Shown here: positions 58,150 to 64,000 of the stretch, in pieces
How positions within the stretch are numbered: the first letter of the stretch is position 1
How the letters are laid out: every line of letters starts with the position of its first letter
IMG/VR virus record: IMGVR_UViG_3300028048_003164
Span: 1-64,000 of that record
Source of the DNA: a virus
Taxonomy: Duplodnaviria > Caudoviricetes
Direction: 5' to 3' (one strand)
DNA length: 64,000 nucleotides
Notes under the pieces: model-generated
The model's database searches: none
Told to the model about the DNA's origin: nothing
The model's input: the letters and a program-made list of their open reading frames with translations, nothing else
Translations under genes and position numbers: made by a program

Positions 58150-60443
58150 ATGAAAACGAAGATCAAGGTGACAAGGGAAGTGGATTTGCGATACCTCAAA
58201 GTTGATGCAGGAGTACGTTATTGGGAAGATTCTGACATAGACGGAACACCAGACTTGGATATGTGCGAATGCAAAGGCAATGCCGTTCCACGTATGCCGT
58301 TTGCCGTCAAGGTGAAAGACAAGCCTGAGTCAAATATCTACTCTGACCACTGGCGTTGGCAACCGACTATCGACGTAGAGAGGGGTTGTATTGTTGACTG
58401 GCCGAAGGGAACGACGGCACGAGTTCACTACAAGGTCTTCGACGATGGCGTTTACAATCTCCTTGATCCGTTGGAGAACATCATTGTCTCGGTCGAGAGT
58501 TTCGTTCCCGACTGCATCGGTGAGTATGGTGATTACATCGTCATGAACATCGATGAAGACGGAAACATCGAGGGCTTCAACTTTACCGCTGACGACGTGG
58601 ATGAAATCATCAAAAGCGACTTCGATTACGAGGAGGACTGACAATGAGTTTGTATCATCATCATTTCAAGAAGAGCGATAGTTGGATGTGGATTAACTGG
58701 GTACGTCATGACGGATTTGGAAAACTCCCACATCTTTCTGTCCGTAAGGTAAAACACGACCTTTACTTTTACTTTGACTTCACTTGGTGGAAATTGAATT
58801 GTTACAGGGTAAAGGGTCTTAACAAACCAAAATATAAACCAGAACTTCCGCGAATGGAAGAATATGCAGATTTGAATAATTATCTAAAAGCCGTAAGTAA
58901 GTACTACGAACTATGTGAAGCTGCGGGGTATGTCGAAGCCCTTAATGCCCAACTAATGAAGAAGGAGGACTGACGTATGTTTGACTTGGAGAAACTAAAG
59001 GACAATAACGCTATCTTTTGGATATTCCGTTTCCCGGAGTATCGCAAGGTGGCGGCAGAGTGTGGATGGGCAATAGCCATTCACGGTTCTGCCGTCCACG
59101 ACCTTGACCTAATGGCAATGCCATGGGTGGAGAATCATACAACCGCCGACGAGCTTGCGCAGCGGCTGAATGAGTGTGAGCGGCCTGAGTACCGACGACC
59201 TTATGAGAAATCGAAACCGGGCGATAAACCGAACGGAAGGATTGTTTATACCATCTTTGCAGGTGGAACATATATAGACATGAATGTAATCAATAAGGAT
59301 TGACCAGTGGGATTGATACGAATTTGGCCTGTGATGAACTTGCAAGGAAGAAAATGATGAGGATATAGAAATAAAAAAGAGAAAAATGAAACCTTACGAG
59401 AACAACAATATGGGTATTCCTATAAAGAAATGCTGCGCCTCTTGTGAGCATAAGCGCTTCGACAATAAAAATAGGATATGCCTTTTGGGAGAGGGAATGG
59501 TTCCTCCGTCATATGTATGCAAGAGATGGAGGATGAGTTCAAACCTTTTGAATGTAGGCAAGGGAGATGGAAGGATAAAGAAACGTGAGTATCTTATGTA
59601 TGCCCTAAACAGGCTGATGGAGGAAGACGTGAGTGCGGAAGATGCGGCGACGGCAAAGCGAATGTATAGGAAGGCTACGTTGGGTGAGATAAGAAGTGAA
59701 TTCATGGATAGACAAGAAACAATATTCGATACCATAGAATGAAACTGGAATATTTCGATAAGATAGATGACGTGTCACCGCTTTCCGTTTTCTTTAATAA
59801 GACGATGGATAAGCTTGCAGCATTGAGGAAACTTTGTGCCCCCGTATCTTTCCTGCGTAATGAAGAAATAGCAGATTTTCAGGATAAGGCCTTCTGTAAT
59901 CTATGCAGATATGAGTATTGGATGCATCAGGTAGTAGGAAGGCTTTACCGATGGAAGATAGACACTGAGGAGTACTTCTCCGAGGACTTTGACAGTTCGG
60001 TCTTGCAAAGAATAAAGGACTCAGTATTAGGGGAAGGAGACATAGTGGCCGAGACGTTGCCGTATGACATATGGTCTCTCTGTAAGGATATCCTTTCGCA
60101 GGCACGAATCGGAGTGTTAGACAGCTTGAGGGTAGTCTACGGATGTGATGTGAAGACGTATAGGATGTCGGAGGAAGGCACTCCTATTCCCATGACAAGG
60201 GAGGATATAGAACTGATAGACGTTGAGCGGCAGGTAGAGGCGGAGGATGATACGAAACGTCTTATGGCAATTGCAGGCGGGATCACTGCCGTCGTGCAGA
60301 CAATTCATTCTCTCGGGGACAAGGACTTCAAGGAGGAAGATATAATGATAATGATACATAGAATGGCGGAATCTTTGCTAATGATGGATTTTAAGAGGGC
60401 GGAGACCGTGTTAAAGGATTGGAGGGAAACTCATGCGGTATAG
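58150..60443 (+). CDS. Five hypothetical ORFs (58150-58641, 58644-58973, 58977-59303, 59386-59742, 59739-60443)
   Basis: Co-oriented operon; 58977 has HGS..HDLDL resembling a minimal nucleotidyltransferase. Confidence 0.6.
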
Positions 60444-60590
60444 GGTAGGTGCATTTGAAGGAGGCGTCTTTAAGAGATGGGCTGGCTATCCTTACAATGA
60501 AAGGAAGGATGCCGAGGAATACTGCGCAGGATGCACGCAGACTTGCTCAGGGCTGACGGGATTGCAGTATAAAGTTCTTGAGGTGGATGA

Positions 60591-61004
60591 ATGAGAAAAA
60601 TATATACGACGGAAAATATACGATTGGATGGAGTGGAGGTTCTCGGCATTGAAAGCCTTGCACCTGCGGCAAGAAAATGGGTCACCGAGACACGCAGAAC
60701 CTTGCTCCGCAGGGTGACGCTGCCTGAGAAGGTGACTGCGAGGATGCTTGCTCAGTTCGATGATAAGCCCGTACGACAGGCATATTTCAAGATAAGGGGA
60801 AGGTCTTATTTCCTTGATTTCTTCTTCCCGGAGAGAATGATTGCCGTGGAAATCGACGGTTCCGTACATAGGCTCAAGAAGGATCACGACAGACGGCGGG
60901 ATGCGGATTTCCGCAGCATAGGGGTAAGGACGATACGGATAAAGAACAGTGACGTGATGTGCGGGAAACTTTACGAGAAACTTTTTAAAGGCATTTACAG
61001 ATAA
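60591..61004 (+). CDS. DUF559/Vsr-like endonuclease
   Basis: YFLDF...VEIDGSVH...D..RD...G..TIRI.N. Confidence 0.85.
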   Translation: MRKIYTTENIRLDGVEVLGIESLAPAARKWVTETRRTLLRRVTLPEKVTARMLAQFDDKPVRQAYFKIRGRSYFLDFFFPERMIAVEIDGSVHRLKKDHDRRRDADFRSIGVRTIRIKNSDVMCGKLYEKLFKGIYR

Positions 61005-61032
61005 TTATTAACAAATATATAATTTAGAGAAT

Positions 61033-63802
61033 ATGAACTACAATGATTTTAAACGCGCCCGGAAATTCGGGAAAGATGAGGGGAATAAGGCTCTTATCGG
61101 AAAGATAGGGGAGTGTGAGGATATGCTCGGTGTCCTTGACTGGCTGAAGAATAATGAGAATAAGGATGAGGAGGGGAAACCGAGGTATAAGGCCACCGTT
61201 ACCGTTAATATTCATGGTCGCGGTGAGGATGATTCCAACGAGAAGGGAGTGCGTTCCCTCTCCTATGACACCAACTTTGATTTCGTAGAGAAGAAAGTAC
61301 GGGGTGAGTATGACCGCTTAGTGAAGGAGTTTGAGGAAAGGACGAAAGACTGAATACCATGGATATTATTATCAGCATACTTGACAAGCATTTGAAGACG
61401 GCTGCGGCTACGTTGCTTCTGTTGTCGGAAGAGACAGCGGTTGAAAAAATGCAAGAGGCCGTGGAAAAATTAAAGGGCGAAATGGTAAGATTAAGGACAG
61501 AGGATTTAGGGGAAGGCGCAGAAAAACTGAGTATAGCCCTCGCAATGCAAGTCCTTGAACATTATATTAATAAGGGGGAAAAGGCATAGTATCTTCAAAC
61601 TACCATAAGAAAGTTTGCAACTGCCTGCTATTCAGGCAAATTGTTAAAAGAAGCCATAGTTAGATAACAAAACAAAATATATTTTGTTATAAAACATATT
61701 ATTTGTACTTTTGTATCGTATGCAAACCCAAATGGGTAGAGTATGATAATAAAGGTGCAGATGGCTATCGTTAGCCATCTTTTCAAAGAATACTTAACCA
61801 TAAAAAGAATATGAAAGAAATGGAAGAGATGCAAGTATGTAAATGCTGTGGCAAGGAGCTACCCCTAAGTATGTATCGCAGTTCCCGGCTCGGGAGGTTT
61901 AAAACATGTAAGGAGTGTACGAGGAAACATCAGATCAATGCAAAGCTTGACAAGAAGATTGCAAAGCTGAAGGAGAAGGATGCCACCGATGCCCGTTTCC
62001 TGCGTTTAAAGGATTTTACCCCACGTGAACTTATGGCCGAGTTGAAACGTCGTGGCTTCAAGTTTACGATGGAGTACGTTGAGACACATGTGATAAATTC
62101 AAAGGACATTGAGATATGAGCAAGAAGGAAATGTTAGAATCGGTGATTGCTGATTATAAGGCTCACCGTGATAAGGTAAGGGAGATACATATTCTCTACA
62201 GAAACGGCACGAAGGCAGGCATCGGCAACAATGAGGTTATCCGGAAGGTCATGGACACCCTAATTGAAGAGGCTGAGAGCCAGCTTCTTGAGCTTAAGTA
62301 TGGTAAATGGTATGGTAAATGCCCCAACTTTGTGCCCAAGCCCGATGTAAAGCAAGGCAAGAATGGGTGGAGGAAGTTTCCCGATGAGAAGCCGGCGGCG
62401 GCAGGTGAGTATCTTGTACGTGGTATCGGTGGCCTTGATAACAAGTTACACCATTGGGTGTGCTTGTGGGTAGGTGATTTCGATGACAAAACCATCGCAC
62501 ATCGTTTCTTCTACGGAGGCAACGAGTTCCGTGAGTGTGAGGTATTTGAGTGGGTCGATGTAAACGAATTATAATAACAACCTTTAAAAAGAGAGGTATG
62601 AGCTTATACAATATTTTAAACGGGGTAAATCCCGCTACGTTTTTGATTCTGCCGATGCTTGGCAGACACCCTGATGAATATCCGAGGTTCCGTGATTGCT
62701 TTGTTGGCGAGGACAGACAGATTATTGTCCTTACAAGGGTCGGTGGCGGTAACCGCAACTGTGGATTTGGTGAGGAAACACTTTATAAAGACCCGAACTT
62801 TGTAAAGACTTACGATGATGAGTTTGACGACACATACGGTTACTATGTGTTCAGTGTCCCAGAGGAATGGAAAGACGACTTTGATAAAATTATCAAAGGA
62901 GAGAAACCGTCTGCGGGGTATCTTGACCAAATGTGCAAGGTGTACCCGAAGCTTGAAGAGAAGTTCCGTGAACAGTTTACGTTATGACAAAAAAGGAGAT
63001 TAGGGAGAAACTTTGCGCCTTATGCTTGTATGCACCCTACGGAGTGAAGGTAAAGCACGACTTGCAGGAGTTCCCTTGTGAGTTGCAATCCGTTGACCTA
63101 TATCGCAGTTCGGTAGAATGTGTTCCCATCGGTGAGAAAGCCTTCCTTGGCACGCAGCATTTCCACGTGGAGTTCGTGAAGCCTGTGCTGCGGACAATGG
63201 AGAGCATAACCGAGGAAGAAAAGGAAGAGCTTTCATTTATTGCCTCTGATAGTGATTTCAAGTGGTGGCAGTATTGGAAGGGTGGTTTTGACGGTCATTT
63301 TGGTGAGGGTGACGGACGAGTGGAACTTGATGACATGGCAAGAGTTATCAAGTGGCTGTGTGAAAAAAAGTTTGATTTTATGAACCTCATCCAACGTGGG
63401 ATGGCAGTAAACGAACAAGATATATTTTGAATTATGACAGAAAAAGACAAAGAATTGTTAGAGCAAGCCTACGAGACCACCTACAGGAGCACGTTCCGCA
63501 GGCTTATCATGGAGGCCGACACCGAGGAGTGCCGCGAAGCAATCCATCAGATTATGTGTGATAGAGAAATGGAAATGGAGGACTGATACATGGCAAAGGC
63601 AAAGGATTTGTTGAAATCGCTGTACGTGTTCCGAAAAGGTAATGCGTATCAGCCGATTGTAAAGCAGATAACCCAAGGGGAGATAAACCCGAGGGCAACG
63701 TATATTCAGACCTTCGATAGAATGGTTTTCAACCTTGTCGTTCCCGATGTGGTGTTCATCACGACGGCAGACGAAACATGTTATCTTTATAAAGTTGACT
63801 AA
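61033..63802 (+). CDS. Run of small hypothetical ORFs
   Basis: 61033, 61359, 61811 (C..C finger), 62116, 62598 (RFRD...TRVGGGNR), 62984, 63590. Confidence 0.6.
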
Positions 63803-64000
63803 TATGGAATTACAAGTAGGCGAGTATTTTATTCCCGATGATTGCACGGCAAAGTTTGTCGGTAGGACATTGGTAGTGTACAAGCGAAAGAGCAAAAAGC
63901 TTGCTCCGAACGAATACCGATGCAAGGACTGCAAGCATAGGGTCAAAGGGCGAACCTTCATACGACAGTACTATGATTCAATGGTATGCGAACTGAAACC

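Larger units (their letters stand above)
1..64000. mobile_element. Large Bacteroidales temperate phage/prophage (partial)
   Basis: Integrase-xis-repressor block, phage recombination and replication genes, terminase, tRNAs, dense small ORFs; no host housekeeping operon. Confidence 0.93.

Noticed and set aside
1-64000. Genome-wide TAG-to-Gln recoding
   Set aside because: Only one internal TAG seen; infA and terL end at TAG at plausible lengths; no CTA-anticodon tRNA

Overview
The whole window reads as part of a large temperate phage or prophage of a Bacteroidales (Prevotella-like) host. This is inferred from TAnnTTTG promoters, A-rich leaders without Shine-Dalgarno sequences, and gene content; family calls are by motif recognition, not database search. 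Left to right: tyrosine integrase, excisionase and divergent HTH regulators (1-3.2 kb); recombination, replication and nucleotide genes including a Sak4-like ATPase, nuclease, SSB, an intein-containing SF2 helicase, dUTPase, IF-1, NinG, an iteron-bearing initiator, a DnaC-like ATPase, a primase-helicase and two inserted HNH genes (3.2-22 kb); an ASCH gene, three tRNAs, and an operon where 11-12 unrelated small proteins share one N-terminal peptide, M-A-x-E-[VTI]-x-x-[AS]-R-E, interleaved with PAPS-reductase-like and ParB-like genes (22.9-31.4 kb); a ParB-methyltransferase with two inteins, a small terminase, and a large terminase whose intein hides an out-of-frame HNH gene with its own promoter element (31.5-38.8 kb); then about 25 kb of accessory genes (LuxS, metallophosphoesterase, amidoligase plus GATase, DUF932, YopX, many hypotheticals). 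No portal, capsid, protease or tail genes were recognised. Best novelty candidates are the shared-leader cargo array, the dual-coded terminase intein, and a tRNA-like sRNA facing a putative RNase gene.
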